This document shows positions 18,953 to 28,523 of a DNA stretch of 64,000 bases, piece after piece. The translations under genes and the position numbers were made by a program. Every line of letters starts with the position of its first letter. The stretch's first letter is position 1. This DNA is from an uncultured delta proteobacterium (GTDB lineage: Bacteria > Desulfobacterota > Desulfobacteria > Desulfobacterales > JAFDCJ01): NCBI GenBank assembly GCA_963710795.1, contig CAVQBT010000067.1, positions 64,232 through 128,231 of the forward strand. The letters are read 5' to 3'. The notes beneath the pieces are model-generated. The model made no database searches. It had not been told where the DNA came from and worked only from the letters and a program-made list of their open reading frames with translations.

Positions 18953-19447
18953 ATGAGCAGTCAAAACAAAATAAAACTCCTGATAGTGGATGACGAGATA
19001 GATTTTTTACAAGCGATTGCCGAGCGTCTGGCGTTAAAGGACTTTGATGTCATTACGGCGTCCAATGGCAGGGAAGCCATTGCATCCGCTGAAAAAGACC
19101 TTTTCGATGTGGCGGTAGTGGACTTTCAGATGCCCGGAATGGATGGTACCCAGGTATTAAAGGCATTAAAAGAAAGGCACAAATATCTTGAGATTATTAT
19201 GTTGACCGGCCACGCCACCATCGAATCCGCTGTGGAGTGCACGAAACTGGGTGCATTTAAGTACCTGGAAAAACCCTACAGCTTTGAAAAACTGGTCGAG
19301 ATCATTATGGAAGCATATGAGGCGAGACTTAAAAAGAAATTCGAGCACAATAAAAAGCATTTAGAAGAGATCAAAAAATTATCGCTGCGTGAATCGCCTT
19401 TGGGCCTGCTAAGGGCATTGGCGCGTATGGATAACGAGGAAAAGTAA
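18953..19447 (+). CDS. Response regulator, receiver (REC) domain only
   Basis: LLIVDDE...D(54)FQMPGMDG...MLTGH...KLGAFKYLEKP is the canonical CheY-like REC motif set, with no output domain. Confidence 0.8.
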   Translation: MSSQNKIKLLIVDDEIDFLQAIAERLALKDFDVITASNGREAIASAEKDLFDVAVVDFQMPGMDGTQVLKALKERHKYLEIIMLTGHATIESAVECTKLGAFKYLEKPYSFEKLVEIIMEAYEARLKKKFEHNKKHLEEIKKLSLRESPLGLLRALARMDNEEK

Positions 19448-19655
19448 TACTAGGTATGGAAATCATCATGATCCCTCTCACGCAAACCTTTAGCAAGAAC
19501 CGGCAGATAGCCGGAATTTCGTTTGCGCCCTATGAGTTTAACCCAATTGAAACAGGCTGAAATTCTAATTCAAAGGTCCTCATAAGTTTAACTGGTGTAA
19601 TGATAATTCCGCAAGTTAACGCCAAGATGACTAAAAAATGATCAAAATGTTAAGT

Positions 19656-20033
19656 TCAAAAATCTTGCCGATATTCAGCCCAGGCCACCTCATTTTCCCA
19701 GATTTTTATGCTCAGTGCGCTCAGCGCGGCGGTCTTGATCTCTTTTGCCAGTTGGCGGCACAAAATGCGGGCGAAGTGCTCAAGGCTGGGGTTTAAATCC
19801 CTGAACTCCGGCAGGTCGTTGAGGGATTTATCCCGAAAATATTCGACGCGTTGGTCCAGGTGGGTTTCCACCTCGCAGATATCCAGAAGATATCCGTGCC
19901 GGTCCAAATCTTTCCCGTACAGACGGGCTTCCACCACATAATGATGCGCGTGGGGCATATTTTCAGAACCCCAATCACCGCCGATGAGCATATGCCGGGC
20001 GATGAAATCACGGCGTACGGCTACGGTGTACAT
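19656..20033 (-). CDS. 6-pyruvoyl-tetrahydropterin synthase / QueD-family protein
   Basis: About 125 aa from MYTVAVRRDF, with a His-rich metal motif (PHAHHY; PTPS consensus HGHNY). AGGAG sits 6 nt before this ATG. Confidence 0.55.
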   Translation of the reverse strand: MYTVAVRRDFIARHMLIGGDWGSENMPHAHHYVVEARLYGKDLDRHGYLLDICEVETHLDQRVEYFRDKSLNDLPEFRDLNPSLEHFARILCRQLAKEIKTAALSALSIKIWENEVAWAEYRQDF

Positions 20034-21069
20034 GTGCGGCTCCTTCATATTCAAAAATAACCTGAATGGTCGCGCCGGGGTCCTTGTCGATCAGAGCAAA
20101 GGCCTCCTGAGCCCGGCTGAAAGGCATTTGATGCGTAATAAATCGGGCCGGTCGGATGCGGCGGACCATATCCCAGGCCGTGTCCAGTCTGCGATGCTTG
20201 GACCAGCGGGCAGACAGCACCGGTGTCACGCTGCTGACCTGGCTGCTGATCAGGCGGATGCGCTTGCGATGAAACCGGCCCCCCAGCTCCAGAACCGATT
20301 GTTTCCTGCCGTACCACGAGCCGATCACGATGCGGCCGTCAAAGCCGCTGACGTCAACAGCCGGATTCAGGGCCTGGGGATCGCCCGACAGTTCATAAAC
20401 CAAATCTGCCGAACCCTCGGCAGCATCCGATTCCAGAAATTTAATGGCCGTCTCGAGGATGCCGGGCTGAGCGGGGTCCAGCGCCCGATGGGCACCGGCA
20501 CGGCGGGATGCCTCGCGCCGCAGCTTAAAATTATCCAGGGTCAGCAAGGCCGTCAGAGGGAATTGGGCCAGCAGCGCCGTAGTCAAAAGCCCGACGACAC
20601 CCTGGCCGAAGACCACCACTTTTTCTCCGATAACCGGGCGGCCGTCCATTAAAAAATTGACGGCGGTTTCCATATTGGCCAAAAAAAGCGCGTCCAGCGG
20701 ATCGATATCCGGCGGGACCGGAAGAATCGATTCGACGCCGGCGATAAAACAGCTTTCATGCGGATGCAAACCGTAAACCATGCGTCCGACCAGATCCCGG
20801 TTGACGTCAGAGCCAGCCGCGATGACCTCACCGATGCTGGCGTATCCGTATTTGAGCGGATAGCGCAGTGGTCGCCGGAGTTCCGGGATGGTCTCATCGA
20901 CGGCCATGTCCGCGGGAAACAACCCCCGGTAAAGAAGCAGTTCCGTTCCATGGCTGACGGCTGAAAATTTTGTTGCAACCAGCACCTGCGCCGGACCAAC
21001 ACCGGGTAAGGTTTCCTCGGCAATTTTAATTTCAAACGGCCCCTGAAAAATAATCGATTTGCGCTTCAT
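20008..21069 (-). CDS. Zn-dependent medium-chain dehydrogenase/reductase (MDR) family protein
   Basis: N-terminal GroES-like region, ...VSHGTELLLYRG..., a Rossmann region VVVFGQGVVGLLTTALLA. Its start overlaps the upstream stop as ATGA (translational coupling). Confidence 0.6.
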   Translation of the reverse strand: MKRKSIIFQGPFEIKIAEETLPGVGPAQVLVATKFSAVSHGTELLLYRGLFPADMAVDETIPELRRPLRYPLKYGYASIGEVIAAGSDVNRDLVGRMVYGLHPHESCFIAGVESILPVPPDIDPLDALFLANMETAVNFLMDGRPVIGEKVVVFGQGVVGLLTTALLAQFPLTALLTLDNFKLRREASRRAGAHRALDPAQPGILETAIKFLESDAAEGSADLVYELSGDPQALNPAVDVSGFDGRIVIGSWYGRKQSVLELGGRFHRKRIRLISSQVSSVTPVLSARWSKHRRLDTAWDMVRRIRPARFITHQMPFSRAQEAFALIDKDPGATIQVIFEYEGAAHVHRSRTP

Positions 21070-21797
21070 CAATGACTCCAATCCGGACGCGCCCATACGA
21101 CCAGGTCCGCACCAAGCCGCTGGTAATGAACATCGGTCAGCGCAAGCGACGATGCGGTTTTAAACTCCCGGGCGTCGATTACCGGAAGCCCTCCGACCAG
21201 TTTCGGAGAAATCGTGATGACAAACAGATCCACCAGCTTCAATTTAATGAAGCTGGTAATGACCCTGGCGCCCCCCTCGATCATAATGCTGTCGACCTGC
21301 CGGCGGGCCAGTATGTCCATTAAGGCCTCAAGGTCGATCAAACCATCCTCATCACATTTACAATTGATCAGCGTGACGGCCTTTGGTGGAAAAGGACCAT
21401 GCGGATCAAGCGGGTCATGATTGCCGTTGACAATCCAGGTTTTCAGATCGGAGCGCCGTACAAGCTTGGTGTCCAGCGGAGTGCGCAGGCGGGTATCCAG
21501 GATAATTGGTTGGGGGTTTTCTCCTTCGACCAATCTGACCGTCAGGCTGGGATTATCGGCCAATACGGTCCCGATGCCAACCAATATCGACTGGCAGCAG
21601 GCCCGCAGCTGATGGGTCAGGCGCAGGGATTCGGGGCCGCTGAATTGCATCTGCTGCCGGCCGGCGCTGGCGATACTGCCGTCCAGACTTTGAGCATAGC
21701 TGACCGCAATAAAAGGCCGGCCGTTTGTCTCACGAAATTCACGGGCGCGGTCTATCGCTGTTCTGAAATCTTCAATCGACCTTGACGAATTTTTCAT
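21069..21797 (-). CDS. RibD C-terminal-domain reductase (dihydrofolate reductase-like fold)
   Basis: ...FIAVSYAQSLDGSIA... and ...VDSIMIEGGARVITSFIKLKLVDLFVITISPKLVGG are typical RibD_C/DHFR-like blocks. Confidence 0.6.
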   Translation of the reverse strand: MKNSSRSIEDFRTAIDRAREFRETNGRPFIAVSYAQSLDGSIASAGRQQMQFSGPESLRLTHQLRACCQSILVGIGTVLADNPSLTVRLVEGENPQPIILDTRLRTPLDTKLVRRSDLKTWIVNGNHDPLDPHGPFPPKAVTLINCKCDEDGLIDLEALMDILARRQVDSIMIEGGARVITSFIKLKLVDLFVITISPKLVGGLPVIDAREFKTASSLALTDVHYQRLGADLVVWARPDWSH

Positions 21798-22629
21798 GGC
21801 GACTCACCACCAGCCAGTCCAGCAGGAAACCAGCCAAAAAAGGAATCAGGACCAACACTGCCACAACGTGCGTAAATTGCGGGGAGAACAACGGCATTAA
21901 AACAATTCCGAGAAATACCATTTGGATGCCGGCCATCACTCTGGCACCCGGGCGCGGTCGAACTGCCGAACAGGGCCGACCCGTTTTTCGCCGCAACCAG
22001 ACGGCAAATCTTAATACATAGTAGGCCAGGCCCGCGCTTAAGTAGTAACCCGGAAGCTGCCCCCAGTTGATGGCCAGCAGACAGGCCACCATGATGCCCA
22101 GGGCATCGATGCGGGTATCCAGCAGTGCTCCCAGCTGCGTTTGTGTATCGGTGGTTCTGGCGATAAATCCGTCGAGCGCATCGCCGGCCACTGCCGTCAT
22201 ATATACCGAACCCGGTATCCAGCCGGCCCATCCGGGACCGCAAGATCCATCGGGTGCCGGCAGGAGCATAAACCCCGCTAAAATTGCTATCAAGCCGCCG
22301 CGTGCCAGCGTAATCCAGTTGGCCGGGCCCAGGGAAGACCTCAAATCCTGATGCCCTGGGCGAACATTCAGTTTCAGGTTGCGGCGCAGCAGATAAAGGA
22401 TGTAGGCCGTTACCAGCCCAGCCGGGATGCTCCCTTTTACTGTTGATATTGAAGGGTAACAATAATAATGGAGGCCGGCGCCGGCGGCCACCCCAAAAAC
22501 TCCCAGAAGCACCGCCAGCCGGCACTGCCGGCTGAGATGAAAATATGATGCACTATCAACCACGCAATCGGGTTTTACGTTTGGCCTGAGTTTGTTCACT
22601 TGATCAGACCCAATTAGATTAAGGCGCAA
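21772..22629 (-). CDS. CDP-alcohol phosphatidyltransferase family membrane protein
   Basis: Multi-TM protein carrying the family motif GDALDGFIARTTDTQTQLGALLDTRIDAL (D-x2-DG-x2-AR...G-x3-D-x3-D). Confidence 0.7.
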   Translation of the reverse strand: MRLNLIGSDQVNKLRPNVKPDCVVDSASYFHLSRQCRLAVLLGVFGVAAGAGLHYYCYPSISTVKGSIPAGLVTAYILYLLRRNLKLNVRPGHQDLRSSLGPANWITLARGGLIAILAGFMLLPAPDGSCGPGWAGWIPGSVYMTAVAGDALDGFIARTTDTQTQLGALLDTRIDALGIMVACLLAINWGQLPGYYLSAGLAYYVLRFAVWLRRKTGRPCSAVRPRPGARVMAGIQMVFLGIVLMPLFSPQFTHVVAVLVLIPFLAGFLLDWLVVSRHEKFVKVD

Positions 22630-23110
22630 TTGCCGCCGTTTTTGAATAGCAACGTCGACTCATGCAGTATCACAAGTACCCCAAAAAGCCCATGATTAAT
22701 GCTGGCGGGTTAGCAAAAAAAAATCGAACGGGAAGGTCGAGTTGCTCTGCCCGCCGCGACGGAGCAGCCTATGTCATTTTAATATTCTGGTTTTTTTGTT
22801 AAATCAATATAGACCCCAGCCACAGATCCTTTGGCCCGCAGAGTGTTTCTTAAGTCCTGAGCTTGTGCCGGTTCGGACGTGCCGAAAGAGATACAGGCTC
22901 AAATTTTGATCAGGTACTGAATAATCCGATTGCTTTCTTTCAATGCTTAAATTAAAGGTATTTGACAGTGATATCGATGAATAAAAGAAGCCGGTGACTT
23001 GTTTGCTTATTTATGGACGTCGCGCAGGCTCCAACCTCCCGGAGGATCTGGCGTGATAAAAGCCAGGGGCTTGCTGCCCTGATCGGCAAGCGCCGGAGGA
23101 GGCTGCATTA

Positions 23111-25594
23111 TTGAAAACCCTTATTCTTACTGAAAAGCCCTCAGTGGCAATGGATTTTGCACGGGCACTCGGTATCCGGGGCAAACAAGACGGATATATT
23201 GAAAACGACAGTTATATCATCACCTGGGCGGTGGGACATCTGGTGGAGCTTTTTGAGCCGCAAGACTACAAGCCGGCCTGGAAAAAATGGAGTTTTGAAA
23301 ACCTGCCAATCATTCCGGAATCCTACCGATACAAAACCATAAAAAGGACGGAAAAACAGTTCAATATAATCCGCAGGCTTTTGTCTGAAAAACACATTGA
23401 TCGGATCGTTGTGGCAACCGATGCGGGACGGGAAGGTGAAGTTATCGCCCGAACGGTTCTATTGACCGCCCAACCCGCAAGAATGATGGAAACATACCGG
23501 TTCTGGACCAGCCAGGCCCTGACTCCCGGAGTTGTTAAGAGCGGGATGAAGTCCCTCAAGCCGGCAGCCGCATACGACCGCTTGTGGGACGCCGGCCGGG
23601 CGAGGCAGATGGCCGATTGGCTGGTCGGAATGAACGGATCCCGGGCTGCTACCATCAGGATGAAGGATCTTTTCAGTATCGGCCGGGTTCAGACAGCGGT
23701 TCTGGCCTTGCTTGTGGAACGGCGCAAGGAGCGTGACAGCTTCGAGCCGCAGCCGTATTGGCTGGTAAGGGCAACATTCAGCGGAGAAAATGGCATATGG
23801 CGGGGATTATGGATTCATAAAGGAAAAAGTCGAATCACTTCCCGTCAGGACGCCCAAAACATCATCGCCGCTATTGAAAACCGTCAGGGCGTGGTGACAT
23901 CATCCAAAAGAACCCAAAAACGCCAGCCCCCACCACTGCTATATTCACTGACCGATCTTCAGCAGGATGCGAATATCCGTTTTGGTTTTTCCGCCAAGCA
24001 GACCCTTGATATCGCGCAGGATCTGTATGAAAAGAAAAAATGTCTGTCATACCCCAGAACCGACTCACGGGTACTGGGTTCAAAAAGCGTTTCCCTGGTA
24101 CAAGGACTGATTCAGAAGCTGGCAAGACAGTATCCGGATGTTTTCTCAGGTATTGATCCGGAGTTGACGGGTGCCGGCAACAGCCGTGTGTACAATGACG
24201 CAAAACTGACAGACCACCATGCCCTGATTCCACTGGCTTCCCTGCCGGACAACAGCGCGGATAGGGAGAAGAAGATTTATGATCTGGTTCTGAAACGGTT
24301 TGGCGCAGCCTTTTATCCGGACTGTATCTACGAGGTCAGGGAGATCCTGACAAAAGTCGACCCAAACCTTATTTTTCGTACCCTGGGCCGGGTGATCATC
24401 CGGCCGGGCTGGCAGTCTCTTTTGCCGCCGGGACCGGGGAAAAAAAGCGTTGACGAACAAGAACAGGCTATTCTTCCCCCGCTTGAAAAAGGTGATTCGG
24501 GCGATGTCGTAGAAAGTGAGATCGAAGATAAGAAGACCACGCCCCCGCCGGAATACACCGAAGCGCTTCTTTTACAGGACATGACCAACCCCGCAAGGTA
24601 TGTGAATGCGGCCGATCTGAAAAAAATCTACCGCGGGGATGTTGGGCTGGGAACCCAGGCAACCCGGGCCCGGATCATCGAGACGCTGCTTGCCCGAAGC
24701 TATGTTTGCCGGGAAAAAAAGACACTTCTGGCAACGAAAAAAGGTGTCTTTTTGATCGACACCCTGAAAAAGTTCAAGATTGCCGGAACGCTGGCCTCAC
24801 CGGAGAAAACGGCCTTGTGGGAAATGGAGCTGGAGCGGATTGCTGCCGGGCAAGGCTCGGTGGATGTGTTTCTGGCGGGAATCGAAAATTTTGTACGCGA
24901 CACGGTCCGGGAGTTTTTGGCAAGCGAAACCGGCGGCGTTCAACGTGACGCTGTGGGACGCTGTCCGTTGTGCGGCCGGGATGTCGTGGACGGCTACAAG
25001 GCCTATGCGTGTTCGGCAAAAAGAAAGGCCGACGGTGGGTGCCGGTTTGTCATCTGGAAGAAAATAGCCGGCAAGGCTATCTCGCCCGATGCGGCGGCCA
25101 TGCTTTTGAATGGAAGGACGGTGGGGCCATACAAGGGGTTTGTCTCCAAAAAGAAAAAGCGGTTTTCAGCCTCCCTCAAACTGGTGTGCGAAAACGGTAA
25201 TTGGGATGTTCGCTTCTTGTTCGATAATTCCGGCCAAGCGCCATCCGCCAGGGCCAAAGCGGCACCTTTAGACGGTGCTGTAAAGAAAACTTCTGAAACC
25301 CCAAAAGATTTCGGCGTCTGCCCGGTCTGTGGCGGAAAAATCATCAAAGGCAAACGCGGTTACGGATGTTCTAACTGGCGGGAACAAGACGGCGGCTGCC
25401 GTTTCGTGATCTGGGAGATGTTCAACGGGAAGAAACTCACCCCTTTCAATATAAAAACGCTCACAGCGGGTAAAGCCACCCGAAAATATGTTTTTAGACA
25501 GGAGAGCGGCCGAAAGTTCCGGGCAAAACTCAAGCTTGAAAAAGGCGAAAGCGGTATATGGGAACCGGTGATGATTGAAAGGGGACCTTGCTAA
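23111..25594 (+). CDS. topB: DNA topoisomerase III (type IA) with C-terminal zinc-ribbon repeats
   Basis: TOPRIM N-terminus (LILTEKPSVA...AVGHL), a catalytic Tyr region, and C-terminal CPLCG/CPVCGG...GCRFVIW zinc fingers. TTG start with a GGAGGAGG SD. Confidence 0.85.
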   Translation: MKTLILTEKPSVAMDFARALGIRGKQDGYIENDSYIITWAVGHLVELFEPQDYKPAWKKWSFENLPIIPESYRYKTIKRTEKQFNIIRRLLSEKHIDRIVVATDAGREGEVIARTVLLTAQPARMMETYRFWTSQALTPGVVKSGMKSLKPAAAYDRLWDAGRARQMADWLVGMNGSRAATIRMKDLFSIGRVQTAVLALLVERRKERDSFEPQPYWLVRATFSGENGIWRGLWIHKGKSRITSRQDAQNIIAAIENRQGVVTSSKRTQKRQPPPLLYSLTDLQQDANIRFGFSAKQTLDIAQDLYEKKKCLSYPRTDSRVLGSKSVSLVQGLIQKLARQYPDVFSGIDPELTGAGNSRVYNDAKLTDHHALIPLASLPDNSADREKKIYDLVLKRFGAAFYPDCIYEVREILTKVDPNLIFRTLGRVIIRPGWQSLLPPGPGKKSVDEQEQAILPPLEKGDSGDVVESEIEDKKTTPPPEYTEALLLQDMTNPARYVNAADLKKIYRGDVGLGTQATRARIIETLLARSYVCREKKTLLATKKGVFLIDTLKKFKIAGTLASPEKTALWEMELERIAAGQGSVDVFLAGIENFVRDTVREFLASETGGVQRDAVGRCPLCGRDVVDGYKAYACSAKRKADGGCRFVIWKKIAGKAISPDAAAMLLNGRTVGPYKGFVSKKKKRFSASLKLVCENGNWDVRFLFDNSGQAPSARAKAAPLDGAVKKTSETPKDFGVCPVCGGKIIKGKRGYGCSNWREQDGGCRFVIWEMFNGKKLTPFNIKTLTAGKATRKYVFRQESGRKFRAKLKLEKGESGIWEPVMIERGPC

Positions 25595-25875
25595 AGTATG
25601 TAAATATCTACCCAAATATGGGATAAAAATTTCACAATAATGTGGTCTGTTTTACACATAAAATTTGAATGCTTTTGTGGTTTTATTATAACTACTTGAA
25701 ATTAATAAAAAAATTTTTTTAATGTCAACATATAGTATGGGTATGATGATTGCAATATTAGACTCCTAAACTATCAGTCTTTAACAAGGTAATTGCTCTA
25801 CGCGAATCCAAAGAACTTTCCTGCGAGCGCATAAAGACCTGTTGAACCCCAGGCAGTCTAATCAAGTTTTTTGAG

Positions 25876-26652
25876 GTGATTGATATGATGCAACACAGAA
25901 GAGGTATAATAATTTTGACTTTGGTGGCAATAGCCCTGCTAGCCCTGTCAGCGTCGGCTGGCGCCACCCCAATCCCAATTGTTAACTCCAGTTTTGAGGA
26001 TCAGGTGCTGGGGAACGATGATTGGACCTGGTCAGAGCCTCATCCGACGAACCCTTCAGAGCCTGGCTGGAATACTCCGACTCCGGGCTGGGCCAAGGTG
26101 GGCACAGATGGCAACGGGGTATGGAACCCTACATGGAGTGACTTCAGATGGGTGGTCGCACCCGACGGCAAGAATGTGCTGTATACTGAGAGCTCTATTG
26201 ATGGAACTCCCAGCGGAGTGGGGCAGGTCTTGACAGAAAAGTTTGCGGCCAACACAGACTACACGCTGACCGCCAGTGTGGGTAATTCGGATGAGTACTA
26301 CTGGTCGGGCTATAGCGTCCAACTCCTGGCTGGCGAAACCGTTATCGCCGAGGACTACAACACGCTGTGGCCAGACTACAGGAAGTGGGCTACTTCGACG
26401 GTTGACTACAGCTATGACCCGACTGACGGGGCCCTTGTGGGGCAGCCGCTGGAGATTCGCTTGCTTAATTTGGGCATCGATATGGATAAGGATGATAGTG
26501 AAAATTATGATATCGTCGGAGTCGAGTTTGATGCCGTGTCACTCAACGCCGATACACTCAACCCTACACCCACCCCCGAGCCCGCCACCATGCTCCTTCT
26601 AGGCTCTGGATTAGTGGGGCTTGCATGCATCCGGAAGAAGTATAAGAAGTAA
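25876..26652 (+). CDS. PEP-CTERM sorting-domain secreted protein
   Basis: N-terminal signal peptide. The C-terminus ...PTPEPATMLLLGSGLVGLACIRKKYKK has the PEP motif, a TM helix and a basic tail, the exosortase substrate signature. Confidence 0.75.
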   Translation: MIDMMQHRRGIIILTLVAIALLALSASAGATPIPIVNSSFEDQVLGNDDWTWSEPHPTNPSEPGWNTPTPGWAKVGTDGNGVWNPTWSDFRWVVAPDGKNVLYTESSIDGTPSGVGQVLTEKFAANTDYTLTASVGNSDEYYWSGYSVQLLAGETVIAEDYNTLWPDYRKWATSTVDYSYDPTDGALVGQPLEIRLLNLGIDMDKDDSENYDIVGVEFDAVSLNADTLNPTPTPEPATMLLLGSGLVGLACIRKKYKK

Positions 26653-26834
26653 GCGGATATTTGCCCTCTTAAAGTTCTGTGCTTCAAACGTAGTTAATGC
26701 ATACCGAGACGCAATAAAAAATAGTGAATCCATGGAAATGGATCAACCGAACAGGAAAAGGCAGGGGGTGGCCGCTCTGCCTTTCTATTTTTACCCACAT
26801 TCTGTATGCCTACCCTGTTTCTTGGCTCATGCTA

Positions 26835-27277
26835 TAGCTGCCAATGTTCTACCTCGGTCCGACACCGGACCTAACTAAAATCACTAGCGCCAAGCTTTTT
26901 AATCGACATTTTTTTAACTCTTTTCATAAATTAGCAGATATTTAGCGCGACCGCCTTGGCAAAGTTGCGGATCCAGCAATCCGCTCGACAATGAGCATGC
27001 GGCCGTCAAATCATATCAGAATCCGAGTGTTTCATTTCAGCCGGCTGTTTTTTTGGTGCTGTGCTTGTCCGCGGCGGCCTTCATTTTATCAAGCGCGGCC
27101 GGATCTTTCTTGAGCGTATCGATTAATGCGGCGGCGGCCTTGAGATCAAAATCGTCCCCAAACAGCTTGCTCAGGAAAGCCGCCAATTTGACATCACCGA
27201 TGCCCTGGGCCAGCTTGTCCTTGACCTTGTCGATGATGGATGGATCCTGGGCCACCCTTTCGGCAAAAAAAATAAAG
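26835..27277. repeat. Copy 1 of an about 440-bp direct duplication (flotillin gene 3' end plus downstream flank)
   Basis: Aligns with 30795-31215. The coding part is about 99% identical and the non-coding flank about 90%. Confidence 0.85.
27037..27277 (-). pseudogene. Detached 3' fragment of the flotillin gene (last 72 codons)
   Basis: Its ORF (MAQDPSIIDKVKDKLAQGIGDVKLAAFLSKLFGDDFDLKAAAALIDTLKKDPAALDKMKAAADKHSTKKTAG) is identical to the C-terminus of the 673-aa protein at 30990..33011. The ATG here is only an internal Met of that protein. Confidence 0.8.
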
Positions 27278-27992
27278 TGTCACGTCTTGAATAGTGAATA
27301 ACAATTTATTATTCAAGACGTGACATCTTAATCTCCCGATGCGTATTTGATGCAGCTATCATGTTATATCCACCGCAATCCGCTAAGGGCAAAAGCAGTG
27401 GACCGCCCGGCTCGTTATCGCTGGGGCAGCTATCCGGTTTATGCGTATGGCTATCAACCACCACAATGGCTTTCAGCCGAGTTGATATTATTACAGTTTA
27501 TGGAAATTGATCGACATAAAGCTTACCGCGAAAAAGTTCAACGCTGTGCAAAGGAAGAACGCCGTTTATGGGAGGATTTCAGGCATGGATTGATTTTGGG
27601 GACAAAAAAATATGTCGCTAAAATCCGCCGGACATATCTGCCGCCCACAGCTCATGATGAAATGCCGTAGCAAAAGAGTCTGGCAAGAGAATTTGATCCA
27701 TCGACTTTTTTGGCAGAAGCATCAAAAAAACTCAAATGTGATCTGAAAGCCATGAAGTCGGCTGGCACAGTAGCTTCCCAAGACAAAGGAAACAGGGATC
27801 TACTGATCTATATGCTTTGGAAGATAGGCACCCTGACTAACTCAATGATCGGCGACCAGTTTGGAATAAGCTATTCTTCGGTCAGTCATAGTGTGAAATC
27901 GACGCGGTTAAAACTTGAAAATAATCACCGATTGAAGAAAAATTTAATGGTATCTATTCACAATTCAAGACGTGACACCTTTATTTGACATC
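27278..27992. mobile_element. IS200/IS605-family (RAYT-like) element remnant with hairpin ends
   Basis: Left end has a perfect 15-bp-stem hairpin gtcacgtcttgaata...tattcaagacgtgac (27289-27331). Right end is an inverted copy of the same end sequence (27950-27992). Interior is a Y1-transposase gene fragment. Confidence 0.55.
27347..27988 (+). pseudogene. Y1 (HUH) transposase, IS200/RAYT type, fused to a DnaA-C-like HTH. N-terminally truncated and frameshifted
   Basis: ORF 27347..27670 has ...CYIHRNPLRAKAVDRPARYRWGSY... (the catalytic-Tyr helix YIxxNPV...W.YSS of IS200/RAYT transposases) but lacks the HUH motif region. The downstream ORF 27710..27988 (...LIYMLWKIGTLTNSMIGDQFGISYSSVSHSVK...) resembles the DnaA domain IV HTH known as a C-terminal extension in some RAYTs. 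The two ORFs are in different frames. Confidence 0.5.
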
Positions 27993-28523
27993 GATCTCAG
28001 TCTTTGTTACACCGTTTATGCGCATAAACTGACGCAGGGTGTACATAAAGCTATAAATCGGAAATTGTCCGCTAAAAATCTTGTTCATCACCCTTTGGCT
28101 CATCTGGGATATGATGCCGGCTCTGACGCTAACCCACGCCTTGCTTCTTTCAAGCAGCGTTGCGATCTCAGCGTTACTCATTTGATGAACGTTGATCAAC
28201 TCGTCAATGAGTCTGGCCTGCTCCAGGATACTGAGGCTTTTGGCGTTTGAGATACGCATCAGTTCGATAATCCCGGCGGGTTCATCGCCTGCCAGTGACA
28301 AATACGGCACAACACCGATGTTTAGCTTGATAGCGCATCGGTACCGTTTAAAGCCGTCGAGTAAAATGCGTTGATCGGCTTTATCCACACCGGCAAGCGG
28401 CTCGCGGATACCGGAAGCGCAAATCGACAACAGCAAGGCCTTTTCGGCTCCAACCGATCTGATTCGGTAGCCCTCATAACGCAGATCAAAACTGCTAATC
28501 TCCACTTGATCGACCATTGTCAC
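27981..28523 (-). CDS. ParB/Srx-like N-terminal-domain protein with C-terminal HTH
   Basis: ...LSICASGIREPLAGVDKADQRILLDGFKRYRCA... parallels the ParB GxxxPI...DGxxxxAGERRxRA box. The HTH is ...MSNAEIATLLERSKAWVSVRAGI.... 180 aa. Confidence 0.55.
   Translation of the reverse strand: MTMVDQVEISSFDLRYEGYRIRSVGAEKALLLSICASGIREPLAGVDKADQRILLDGFKRYRCAIKLNIGVVPYLSLAGDEPAGIIELMRISNAKSLSILEQARLIDELINVHQMSNAEIATLLERSKAWVSVRAGIISQMSQRVMNKIFSGQFPIYSFMYTLRQFMRINGVTKTEIDVK

Noticed and set aside
22630-23110. Possible tRNA or small RNA in the 480-bp gap before topB
   Set aside because: I found no cloverleaf-compatible arms and no T-loop GTTCRANYC motif, and the window has no CCA-ending acceptor candidates. 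No tRNA or rRNA was detected anywhere.
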